In this document: one piece after another, positions 49,084 to 58,244 of the stretch
Layout of the letters: each line of letters starts with the position of its first letter
Position numbering within the stretch: position 1 is the stretch's first letter
Origin: Candidatus Bathyarchaeia archaeon
Lineage (GTDB): Archaea > Thermoproteota > Bathyarchaeia > 40CM-2-53-6
NCBI GenBank assembly: GCA_050013255.1
Contig: JBEKFP010000001.1
Coordinates: forward strand, 672,001 to 736,000
Direction of reading: 5' to 3'
DNA: 64,000 bases
Notes under the pieces: model-generated
What the model was told of the DNA's origin: nothing
The model's database searches: none
What the model saw: only the letters and a program-made list of their open reading frames with translations
Made by a program: the position numbers and the translations under genes

Positions 49084-49440
49084 ACTTGCCAACCACGTGG
49101 TCATAGTCGGGATCTAGCGTTGCTGTAGATTTCCAGAGACCTTCCATTTCGAACTCTCTCTTTGAGATACCAGAATGTATTCCTCTGAGAAAGAATTTCC
49201 ACATTTGATCTCTCTCACTCCGGGTGCGGGTCGATCCTTACACGTGGATTTCCACGTCCCCTAAGCCTTTTCCACGTGGCCATCAGAAAATGAGCCCTAT
49301 GTAATATCCCCTGCACCACCATACCCATCTCCTCGCTTCGCTCGCCCTTGCTACGCTCTACCACTCGCTCCCAACCCCTCTCCCTCCCACACGTAGACAA
49401 AATCATGAAATCACACACTCAGGAAATAGCACACAAAGGC

Positions 49441-50244
49441 CTACGAACCATTGTCCAATTCGCTTTCGTAATCTCTGTAACCGGCACGTCTCTCGTCAAG
49501 TCGTTCCTTCAGTCTGTGCCGCGAGCGCCACTTGACATACGACTTGTCAATCCATCTGCGCGAGGCTTTGGGGAGTCCAGCTGCCAACTCCCTGTGGCTA
49601 AGGGCATTCATCGGCAACCACCAACTTGCTCCACTTCTCCCAACCAAACCATCCACAACACTTTCGGCTGCGCTGGCAAACCAATCTAAGGTGTGGATTC
49701 TAAGAAACGTCCTATACTGATAGGCCAATTGCCGCAGCTTCTTTTGTGCCATTGATGATAATTCATTTCGGCGCCCCATGAACAACAATCCGAACGGGTG
49801 CTCTATACCAGGCATCAGCTCTTCTGCATACTCCCTGTGGTCGTCAACCCAAGTATGCCAGTTTCTTATTTGACCGATAGCATGTGTCAAACGAGCGGAC
49901 GGATCGCCTTCCCTATTGAAAAGGTGGAAATGCGGAGGTTCAATCTCTGCCAACGACCATTCAAGACCAAGGCTGCCTGCGTCAAACCAAACAAAATCAA
50001 TCTCGTAATCGCTCCCAAGTCTCACTTTCGAATAGAGCGGAGAAGCGCCGCCTAAGCGAATGAATCCGTTGAAGAAGTAGCTATGAGAAGCCAAGAATGA
50101 GTGAATACTTTGCTCGCTTGCATTCGAGTCCAAAAGCTTGATGTACCTTTTGATGTCTTCCTTCACTTTCTGTCCAGTTAGCGCTCGCACTTTTGGATCG
50201 ATGGTTTCATCGTCTGTATCCGTCATGATGTCCTCGGTCGACAA
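49441..50244 (-). CDS. Shedu-like (DUF4263) PD-(D/E)XK anti-viral nuclease
   Basis: SEQSIHSFL, IDF, AEIEPP, LTHAIGQIRNW, GRR, IHTLD. Confidence 0.7.
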   Translation of the reverse strand: MSTEDIMTDTDDETIDPKVRALTGQKVKEDIKRYIKLLDSNASEQSIHSFLASHSYFFNGFIRLGGASPLYSKVRLGSDYEIDFVWFDAGSLGLEWSLAEIEPPHFHLFNREGDPSARLTHAIGQIRNWHTWVDDHREYAEELMPGIEHPFGLLFMGRRNELSSMAQKKLRQLAYQYRTFLRIHTLDWFASAAESVVDGLVGRSGASWWLPMNALSHRELAAGLPKASRRWIDKSYVKWRSRHRLKERLDERRAGYRDYESELDNGS

Positions 50245-50398
50245 TCTTAGACCTCCAAAGACGACATGCGGACTAGCTTCACAGCAGTAGCGTTATAGAC
50301 CTTACACGAGCCGCGGCAATTGGCGTAGGTGCGTTCATGGTACTTGTCGGACTTGTGTTGGTTTCGGGAAAGATTCGCATTGGTGACATTACTTTCGA

Positions 50399-50824
50399 TT
50401 AACCAAATACTCTTGAAATGATTACGGCGGCCACAAACACTTCTCCGACAAAAGCTCCGACATACAGTAATGTGAACACAGCATCGAGGAGCTGTAATGG
50501 CGCGACGATCCCGTACTTGAGGAATGTGAGAAGAAATCCGGAGGCTAGGAACATGAGCGCAACTCCCAACCCCAACTTCTCGGCCTTTTGTTGTACTCTG
50601 GTTAGCCCTGCCAAAGCGCCGAGGAGACCTGCAGAGGCGGCGAACAGGGTTATTCCCAAAGGAGATAGCTCAAGTAATGGGAGATTTGAATTTGTAGGCG
50701 TAAATGGCCTCGGAATCTGCAAAAACCAATTGAGGTTCCAATAGGTGAGCCAACACGCCAAGGCCGTCGCTGCCAGAATCAGTAGTGTCAACGTTGCGGG
50801 AATCTCAGTGCGCCAATTCTTCAT
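50399..50824 (-). CDS. hypothetical 4-TM membrane protein
   Basis: four hydrophobic segments. Confidence 0.6.
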   Translation of the reverse strand: MKNWRTEIPATLTLLILAATALACWLTYWNLNWFLQIPRPFTPTNSNLPLLELSPLGITLFAASAGLLGALAGLTRVQQKAEKLGLGVALMFLASGFLLTFLKYGIVAPLQLLDAVFTLLYVGAFVGEVFVAAVIISRVFG

Positions 50825-50930
50825 GAGCTACCCCTCCGCCTAACTGCGATTCGCTCTGCCCTTTCATATAGATTCCAAGTATTCGGCAAAACCCTCGTAG
50901 CAGGTAGAGTCGTTTGTGTCGTTAGAAAGC

Positions 50931-50964
50931 GTGTTGTTGTGGGTAGGCTGGTGTGCACACACAC
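50931..50964 (-). repeat. dispersed repeat, left arm of inverted pair
   Basis: GTGTTGTTGTGGGTAGGCTGGTGTGCACACACAC. Confidence 0.8.
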
Positions 50965-51027
50965 GACGAAACTGTAGCACTAAATATGCCCAGGTTTCAA
51001 GATAGACAGCCGCGTTGAGGTGTTCTC

Positions 51028-52410
51028 GTGAGAATTGAGCCGCGACTTGAGTTACTGATACTGATTGCTGTTTTCTTTCTCATCCTTGTGCCTAATGTAC
51101 GCGCTTTCACTTTCGAGCCTCAAGTAGGCGTTTGGGGGGACGATTCCTCAAGAGGAAATATGGGAGTGTCTGTCGAGATTCGAACCCATATCTACCCTAC
51201 GAATCCGGGGGACTTCCAGTATTTCTGGGTTGGTGATAACCTGAACAATGGTGCGTTCATTCAGTTCGGCTACATTTACGAGCCGGGATATTATTGCTTG
51301 AATGGCCAGACGGTTGGCGGGAAGTTCACATGTCTAGGTGATTCCGATCACATTGGAGGGTCGGATGCGCGTTGGGAATGGCAGTATTGGCCCAATAGTA
51401 ATGTTAATGACTTCTCTTATGGAAAAGGACCAGCAAACTCGGCCGGACTTGATGGGACATGGCACAAGTATTCAATTGAGCCGAACACTAGAGGAGGTTG
51501 GAGTTTCGTACTTGATGGTCGAGAGGTCTCGTACGTTACAAATGTGTGGACCCGATCCAAGGACGCAGCGTATTTTGTGGCGGAGAAGGGCAGCAATACG
51601 TACGCAACGCTTGGCCGATTAGGGCCAGTCGAATTTAGAAACCTAGCGTACCTCAAAGACGATGGCTGGCACTATGCAACAACGCTGTCTGCGCTGGTAG
51701 GGTGCGCTGTAAACACAAATTGCAACATCAATATCCCCTACGGCGTAATGTCGGAGGGCGCAGGTATTGTGATCGCAGGGAGCGGGATTCAGCGACCGAG
51801 CGACCTCGATTTGTTATGGACTGGGGTTGTTGGTGGCGTGACGTTGACTCTTGATCTGCCGAATAATGTTACTGTCAGAATAGATGACCAGTTTATGCGA
51901 TCTGGTTATTCTCAGCTGTCTCTTTCACGAGGACCGCATACGATCGAGGTACCTCAAGATTCCGCCATCGATTCGAATAACAGGCTTAGGTTCGACCATT
52001 GGAGTGATGGGTCAGTTTCTTTGAATCGGACGTTTACGTTAAACTCTGACACAACACTCAAGGCAATCTATGTTACGCAACACTGGCTAACTATCAATTC
52101 AGTTGTGCCCATGAACGGTTCAGCGTGGTATGACGAAGAATCAACCGTATCTTTCTCGAAACCGACTTCAATCCTGATTCATGCTGACCTCGGAATCCTA
52201 GGTGGTCAGTGGACATTTGACGGATGGTACGAGGACGGAGTCTATTTAACGAGTTCAACCAGCAGTTCCATTGTTATGGATAGACCGCACACTTTGCAAC
52301 TTCACTGGCATCAGAATTACGCAATTCCCCTTGCGATTGTGGCACTTCTGGCTCTGGTGGGTTTTGTTACGGCCTTGGTAGTCAAAAGAAGACGTGAGAA
52401 GTCAGAATAG
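51028..52410 (+). CDS. G1-peptidase-like secreted protein with beta-repeat stalk and TM anchor
   Basis: FWVGDNLNNGAFIQFGY, YFVAE, FDHWSDG/FDGWY repeats, TM-KRRR. Confidence 0.6.
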   Translation: MRIEPRLELLILIAVFFLILVPNVRAFTFEPQVGVWGDDSSRGNMGVSVEIRTHIYPTNPGDFQYFWVGDNLNNGAFIQFGYIYEPGYYCLNGQTVGGKFTCLGDSDHIGGSDARWEWQYWPNSNVNDFSYGKGPANSAGLDGTWHKYSIEPNTRGGWSFVLDGREVSYVTNVWTRSKDAAYFVAEKGSNTYATLGRLGPVEFRNLAYLKDDGWHYATTLSALVGCAVNTNCNINIPYGVMSEGAGIVIAGSGIQRPSDLDLLWTGVVGGVTLTLDLPNNVTVRIDDQFMRSGYSQLSLSRGPHTIEVPQDSAIDSNNRLRFDHWSDGSVSLNRTFTLNSDTTLKAIYVTQHWLTINSVVPMNGSAWYDEESTVSFSKPTSILIHADLGILGGQWTFDGWYEDGVYLTSSTSSSIVMDRPHTLQLHWHQNYAIPLAIVALLALVGFVTALVVKRRREKSE

Positions 52411-52427
52411 CGAGGCGCGCCTAGAGT

Positions 52428-52461
52428 GTGTGTGTGCGCACCACTGATACCACAACAACAC
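52428..52461 (+). repeat. dispersed repeat, right arm of inverted pair
   Basis: GTGTGTGTGCGCACCACTGATACCACAACAACAC. Confidence 0.8.
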
Positions 52462-52610
52462 TTTCGCTCGCAACGGTGTTGGTGACCGTTTCCGTATCGG
52501 TTGTCATGACACTTCTTGGACATGTGCCCCCCATGTGTGACAAGCAGCTCTGTTAACCCTAACTGGTTCTCGATATTCTTCCGCCACTGAAATTCAAGCC
52601 GTAGATTCGC

Positions 52611-53348
52611 GTGCGCAAGAGGTTTTATTCTACTGAGACATCAAACTCAGTTCGGAATGTGCATAGGTTGAGAAGGACATTATACACTTTAGCCAGTTTC
52701 TTCCTTCTTTCATCAGTTCTTGCCTCGGCTGCGGCCCAAGGGTTCCCAATATCTGTGAATCTCGGTACTGCGCTTCCTATGCCAATTGGCCAGACCAACA
52801 CTGTCGCGGTCACGGTTGAGGACATCGTGAACAGCACAGTACAGTTAACTTTCGTTGGGCTTCGGTTTGAATGGGATCTCCCAAACAATTTCTTCATTGG
52901 AGGGAACAGCGAGAAGGGGGCAGTTCTTGCGGCTGGGGAGCAAATCACGTATTCGATATCTGTTGTAGTTCCTGCCAACGTTACGCCCGGCACCCACAAG
53001 CTCAGTACCTACGTCACTTACCGTATGCTGAACCAGAAGAATTCGACAGGCGTCGAAGCTGGGTGGTGGGTGGCGGACATACAATTTGCCTACTCTCAAA
53101 CTCAGCAAAGCCAAACTGCAACTGTGACTGGACCGCAACAAAGTTTCAACGCTGAAACCATTGGGGTATTAGTGGCTGTGGTTGCAATAGGGCTGTTCCT
53201 GGAACGTGGCCGAATCAAACGTCTCATTGGGAAATTCCGAGCGACAAGCCCCGCCCCAGCGCAACCTGAGGGCGAACCCCCTGTCGGCGAGAAACCTCCC
53301 GTAACTGAAAACCCCCCTGTAGTCGAGAAGAAAGAGGAAGATCTCTAG
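52611..53348 (+). CDS. membrane-anchored Ig-like surface protein
   Basis: signal peptide, VGLRFEW, TM, Pro/Glu tail; similar to the next gene. Confidence 0.65.
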   Translation: MRKRFYSTETSNSVRNVHRLRRTLYTLASFFLLSSVLASAAAQGFPISVNLGTALPMPIGQTNTVAVTVEDIVNSTVQLTFVGLRFEWDLPNNFFIGGNSEKGAVLAAGEQITYSISVVVPANVTPGTHKLSTYVTYRMLNQKNSTGVEAGWWVADIQFAYSQTQQSQTATVTGPQQSFNAETIGVLVAVVAIGLFLERGRIKRLIGKFRATSPAPAQPEGEPPVGEKPPVTENPPVVEKKEEDL

Positions 53349-53382
53349 AACCCCGAACAAAGGACCCGAGGGCTTCCTCGCA

Positions 53383-53991
53383 ATGAAGGGAATTCTAGGA
53401 TTGAACAAAACAAAAACACTGTTACTTTCGTTCGCTGCGTTGTTGCTACTCTCGTCCCTCGGTCTAACCCTGCACCCTGTCATAGGACAAGAACAACAAC
53501 AATTAGATTTGAGTTGGACATTCGATTACAGCCCGCTTGTCTCCGGGGTCGCCAATTCGCTTCACCTACGCATCCTCAACACAGCGCTTGCCCCAGTTCG
53601 AGTGTTATCAGTGGGCATCAGATTCCCGTGGATGAACGCTGATACCTATCTTTCAACAGGAAGCCCCCAAACCCTCGTGGATCTTCCCTCAGGTCAAGAA
53701 GTTAGGTACACGATTCCCTTTCAAATTCCCGTCGACGTGTTGACGGGAAGGTACTCGATGGATACGCTCCTGCAATACCAAATATTCCAGACTGCCCAAT
53801 GGGCCGGGCCTGAATCAATCGCGTACGTACTTGATGTGGTCGTGTTTGGCCGAACAACATCATATTCATTTAGCTTCGATCCCTCTGACGGCCGCATTTA
53901 TTCCGCCGTCGCACTCATCACCCTTGTTGGATGGTACTTGCCGAAGAAGTTGCGACACAAGGCGAAGGGTCAAGGATGCACCTCAGACTAA
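53383..53991 (+). CDS. membrane-anchored Ig-like surface protein
   Basis: signal peptide, VGIRFPW, C-terminal TM. Confidence 0.65.
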   Translation: MKGILGLNKTKTLLLSFAALLLLSSLGLTLHPVIGQEQQQLDLSWTFDYSPLVSGVANSLHLRILNTALAPVRVLSVGIRFPWMNADTYLSTGSPQTLVDLPSGQEVRYTIPFQIPVDVLTGRYSMDTLLQYQIFQTAQWAGPESIAYVLDVVVFGRTTSYSFSFDPSDGRIYSAVALITLVGWYLPKKLRHKAKGQGCTSD

Positions 53992-55127
53992 GAGACGCCC
54001 TTGCTTTAACGACTGTTACCTACCTTCTCTGCGTATCAGCCAAGATCCTTTACCCGCAATCCTACACCGACATCTTGTTCGTATACTACGCTTTCGTTGT
54101 TCCGACCAATAATGGTATTCCATATCACGACTATTCGGTGTTCACCGCATCCGCAGGGTATGTGTATTCTGCAATACCATCAATACTAATTTGGGTAAGC
54201 GGGCACGCTCCAAACGTTGAATCCTTCCTAGCCACAATGGCTTTTCTGACATACTTCTTCGTCATCGGCATCGTATACTTTCTTTACAGGATCTGTGCTG
54301 AGTTTCAGATTGATCGTGGGAGAATCATCGCATTCTTCGCTGTTACACCATCATTCCTGGTATTGTCCTTCTACAGTTGGGATATTACCGCAGCGTGTTG
54401 CGTAGTTGCGGCGCTATACTATGCCCTCAAAAAGAAGGCACGGCTTACCGGATTCTGGTTGGGTTTAGGATTTGCAGCGAAGGCTTTTCCTTTACTCCTC
54501 TTACCAGTATTCTTGAAAGAGGCACGAACGTGGTCCGATCGTTTCGAAATGTTATCTACAGCTGCCTTGGGTGTGATATTGCCCAGTCTGCCATTCATGA
54601 TCATAGACTTTCATGGGTGGTTCTTTACAGCGCTCTATCCATCAGGCGGAACGAGATGGGGTGTCTATCTCGAGAACAGTATTTGGCTCGTGGTCAGTTA
54701 CTACCAGACGGTCCCAGGCTGGTTAATCGCAGCAGCGACATGGTCTCTCATTCTATTGGCAATTCTCCACGTTACTTACTCTAGGTACTCTCTCATAATG
54801 AAATTGTGGCTCATCGAGGCAGCAACCATTCTCATTTTCCCGTCGTATCCCCCCCAGTTCAATGTTTGGCTGATCCCTCTGTTTGCTCTAAACCCTGTCT
54901 TTCCCCTCATCCCGTTCTTAGCGTTTGATTTTCTTAACACAGCGATCATTCTCTCTTGGTTCACTGTTGATCCATCCCAGGCATGGGGCCCGGTCTGGGA
55001 CATGTTCTTGGCAAGAATAGTCATTTTGGTACTCTTGTTAATATGGGCTGCTCGAAGATCAATCAAGGATCAACCGTTCTCATTACACAATCTCATGTCA
55101 CGAGAACCTCCTCCCCACGTAGAATGA
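53976..55127 (+). CDS. GT-C (GT87-like) polytopic glycosyltransferase
   Basis: multi-TM, WDI, GLGFAAKAFPLLLLP, PPQFNVWLIP. Confidence 0.7.
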   Translation: MHLRLRDALALTTVTYLLCVSAKILYPQSYTDILFVYYAFVVPTNNGIPYHDYSVFTASAGYVYSAIPSILIWVSGHAPNVESFLATMAFLTYFFVIGIVYFLYRICAEFQIDRGRIIAFFAVTPSFLVLSFYSWDITAACCVVAALYYALKKKARLTGFWLGLGFAAKAFPLLLLPVFLKEARTWSDRFEMLSTAALGVILPSLPFMIIDFHGWFFTALYPSGGTRWGVYLENSIWLVVSYYQTVPGWLIAAATWSLILLAILHVTYSRYSLIMKLWLIEAATILIFPSYPPQFNVWLIPLFALNPVFPLIPFLAFDFLNTAIILSWFTVDPSQAWGPVWDMFLARIVILVLLLIWAARRSIKDQPFSLHNLMSREPPPHVE

Positions 55128-55268
55128 GCGAAGAACTCGGTCGATTATCAATTTGACTTCTTTTGTTCAGACATTTGTTTCTTCTTACGTTATCAACGGA
55201 ATCGGGAAGATCTGCAATTGACTCGGTTGCAAGCTATGTGCCGTAAGCGTAACGTTGAAGATTCAAAT

Positions 55269-56237
55269 TCATTGGTTGCCTAAAGTTTTCGTCCATGCTA
55301 CAGTTCGCGCGAGGCCGGTTTCAAGATCAACGATCGGTCGCCAACCGGTTGCCAGAATCTTTGAAACGTCAGGCACCCTCCTCTGTACGTCTTGGGCGAA
55401 ACTGGGGAGTTGTTTGATCGCAAATTTTTCCTTCCTTTCGCAAAGTCTCCATATTATCCTGGCCAGTTCCAGAACAGACGTCTCGATTCCGCTTCCGATG
55501 TTGAAATCCGTATTGTTGAATCTCTCAGTGAGGTATATAATTGCGTCAGCGATGTCGTCCACGTACGTATAGCTTCTGGTTTGTGTACCGGATCCCAGAA
55601 TTTCAAGCGGATGTTGTTCTGACATAATCTTCCGAATCAGATCAGGAATCACGTGAGCGTAGCCCACGTAATCTCCAGCCATTTCACCAGGACCATACGC
55701 GTTGAATGGTCTGATTATAAGGTAAATGATGCCATATTGCTCATGGTAAGTTCGTGCGATGTACTCTGCGACGAGTTTGGAGAAACCATACCCGCTCAAT
55801 GGTGGTGCTGTGTTCTCTAAGGCTGACTCTGGAGTTGGAAACATTGTGGTCCTTTCAAAAACCATGGATGATGATAGGCACACAACCTTCGTGTCAGTAT
55901 TTCTGGCCGCATCCCAAATATTGAAATTCATTATAGCGTTATCACGTAGGCTCTCTGCTGGCATCTTGTGAAAGTACCCTATTCCGCCTATTCTTGCAGC
56001 AAAGTGGAAACAAATATCCACATCCTCCATAGAAGTCTTCGCTGTCTCAAAGTTCAAAACGTTTCCCTTCGAGAACACTATTTTCTTGGAAACCTCTTCC
56101 AAGTTTCTAGCGAATCCTTTGGACATGTCGTCAACAACAAATACGTTTGCTCCCAGACTCACGAGTTTTCTCACCATTCTATGTCCAATGAACCCCGCAC
56201 CTCCGGTAACTAGGATTCGTTTATCGGTCCACTTCAT
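55269..56237 (-). CDS. NAD-dependent nucleotide-sugar epimerase/dehydratase
   Basis: TGGAGFIG, YGFSK, RPFNAYGP. Confidence 0.9.
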   Translation of the reverse strand: MKWTDKRILVTGGAGFIGHRMVRKLVSLGANVFVVDDMSKGFARNLEEVSKKIVFSKGNVLNFETAKTSMEDVDICFHFAARIGGIGYFHKMPAESLRDNAIMNFNIWDAARNTDTKVVCLSSSMVFERTTMFPTPESALENTAPPLSGYGFSKLVAEYIARTYHEQYGIIYLIIRPFNAYGPGEMAGDYVGYAHVIPDLIRKIMSEQHPLEILGSGTQTRSYTYVDDIADAIIYLTERFNNTDFNIGSGIETSVLELARIIWRLCERKEKFAIKQLPSFAQDVQRRVPDVSKILATGWRPIVDLETGLARTVAWTKTLGNQ

Positions 56238-57526
56238 GCCTTACCAAACTTCATGTAAGTCGTCTTCTTGAAATCTGACTGACGAAACATGCCCCAAACG
56301 TCATAGATTATTCTAGCTCCTGATTCATCTATCGTAGGGGCCAGACACTCAAACTCTGGATGATTTGTCGCCAATATTACTGCGTCAGGCCTTGCCAAGG
56401 CCGCTCCCAACGTTTGAGTGCCCTTCACGTGAGGATCATGAATAACGACCTCTGCTCCATAAGCTCGCAATATGTCGACGAGTTTAGCCGAAGGCGATAA
56501 TCTTATGTCATCGCTGCCCGCTTTAAACGCCAAACCTAGGACCGAGATTTTGAGTTTGTAAAGTGGTCCTAATGGACCGGACAAAGATTGAACAATATGC
56601 TGTGGCACGGCCTCGTTTAACTTCCACGCGGTAGAAACTATGCTGCTGAAAGTCGTACCGTTGTCGAGTAGGAACCCGTCTTTCCCAAGACACGGACCCC
56701 CCGCAAGTCCAGGTTTAGGTATTTTAGCTCGCCCATATCCCTCGTTTGCAATTCTCACAATTTCATGCGCGTCTTCCCCATACTTCTCGGCCCATATTGC
56801 AAACTCGTTCGCCAGTGCAAAATTTACGTAGCGGAAAACATTCGTGAACAACTTCGCCAACTCCGCACCAGTTGGAGTTGTTACAAGAATCTTCTTTGTC
56901 GGGTTGATCTTGCGAAATAGCTCTGCCGCTATTTCTGCGCTGGCATCATCTTCTGCTCCCACAATCTCAGGCAGTTCATAGAGCTCGCGGTGCGCTTGTC
57001 CCTCAAGAATTCGTTCCGGGCAAACGGCGAGGGCGAAATCGCGCCCAAGCTGAAGACCAGTCTCCTTCGTCAGCATTGGAAGCACTATTGACTTCATTGT
57101 GCCCGGCACAGAAGTTGATCTGAGCAAGATTGCTTTATGTCGCAGATCGACAAGCAAGAGTTCACGGATAGCCGAATAGAGTTGCGAATAGTCGAGCTGG
57201 TATTGATTTCCAGTAGGTGTTCCAACTGTTACTATTATGATGTCTGATTGCTTGAAGCTATCGCTAGTTGATGTTGAAGCCGTAAGCATCTTGTTTCTTA
57301 CGATAAGATCAAGCCAACCTGCCATTGCTGGGTAATAAAACGGCATTTTCCCTTCCGCAATTGATGCAGTTCTTTGCTCGTCAACATCTACTGCGATTAC
57401 TCTAATCCCTGAACGAGCAAGGACGATGCAAAGCGGGAGCCCCACACGGCCTGCGCCTATTACGCTCACTACTGCAGTTCCGTTCCGTATTCGTGCTGGA
57501 ATTTCACTCAGCATTTTCATCACCAA
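56234..57526 (-). CDS. nucleotide-sugar dehydrogenase (UDP-GlcNAc/ManNAc type)
   Basis: GAGRVGLP, CPERILEG, AKLFTN, GGPCLGKD, GLAFKAGSDDIR. Confidence 0.9.
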   Translation of the reverse strand: MVMKMLSEIPARIRNGTAVVSVIGAGRVGLPLCIVLARSGIRVIAVDVDEQRTASIAEGKMPFYYPAMAGWLDLIVRNKMLTASTSTSDSFKQSDIIIVTVGTPTGNQYQLDYSQLYSAIRELLLVDLRHKAILLRSTSVPGTMKSIVLPMLTKETGLQLGRDFALAVCPERILEGQAHRELYELPEIVGAEDDASAEIAAELFRKINPTKKILVTTPTGAELAKLFTNVFRYVNFALANEFAIWAEKYGEDAHEIVRIANEGYGRAKIPKPGLAGGPCLGKDGFLLDNGTTFSSIVSTAWKLNEAVPQHIVQSLSGPLGPLYKLKISVLGLAFKAGSDDIRLSPSAKLVDILRAYGAEVVIHDPHVKGTQTLGAALARPDAVILATNHPEFECLAPTIDESGARIIYDVWGMFRQSDFKKTTYMKFGKA

Positions 57527-58244
57527 TGCCGCAATAGGTTACTAGTGTTTGATAAGTCTCTAATAACGCGATTGAACTGAGAGATGCGAATTTCTGCAGG
57601 AAGCCAAAAGGCAGCACAGACACTTGCCTCTGTTGTGATAGCGGTATGCAAGGGTTCACCACAGCGAACGCTTCGTGTAATCGATCACGCCTACTTCGGA
57701 TGGAGCCGAGCAGAATTTAAAACGGAAGATTGAGATACAATTGATAATTCTGAACCTCAACTCCCGGAAGGTTTCGTGAGGGCGACCTAGCCTGGGCTTG
57801 GATGTACTCAAAACCGCAGCGGAAACGTCAGAAGGTAATTCTTGGCCGCGTTTCCATTCGTGACGATTACATCGGTCCTGAATTATGTTGGTGAATTGTA
57901 GGGACCTAGTGACTTAATTGGCCTGTTACATGGGACTGGGTGAAGGGAGAAGAATCCCATTTCCACGCAAATTGGTATGATGTATGGTCCATCGATGATT
58001 ATGCGCTGCAGTCCATGGAACGGTGTCTCCTGCAAGATGCTCATTTCCAGAGGAAAACGTACAATCACTAAGCTTCTTAATTCCGAACCGGAATACGGCT
58101 GAAGCGATCATGCAGGGCCCCTCTCGGGATGGAAACGGCTCGGGATAGTGAGTGCCAGCCTCTGTAATTTCACGCTAGTCAGCAAACCTGTGAAATATTT
58201 GTTCCAGTAAATGATTGATGATAACACTTTAGCCTAAGTCCTAA

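Larger units (their letters stand above)
44105..49311. mobile_element. non-autonomous casposon-like element: 74-bp TIRs, 14-bp TSD
   Basis: 44105-44178 and 49238-49311 are inverted copies with 1 mismatch; flanks CGCACCACCATACC (44091-44104) and TGCACCACCATACC (49312-49325). Confidence 0.8.

Noticed and set aside
57540-58240. Short ORFs in the gap of the glycosylation cluster
   Set aside because: No recognisable motifs; probably decayed sequence
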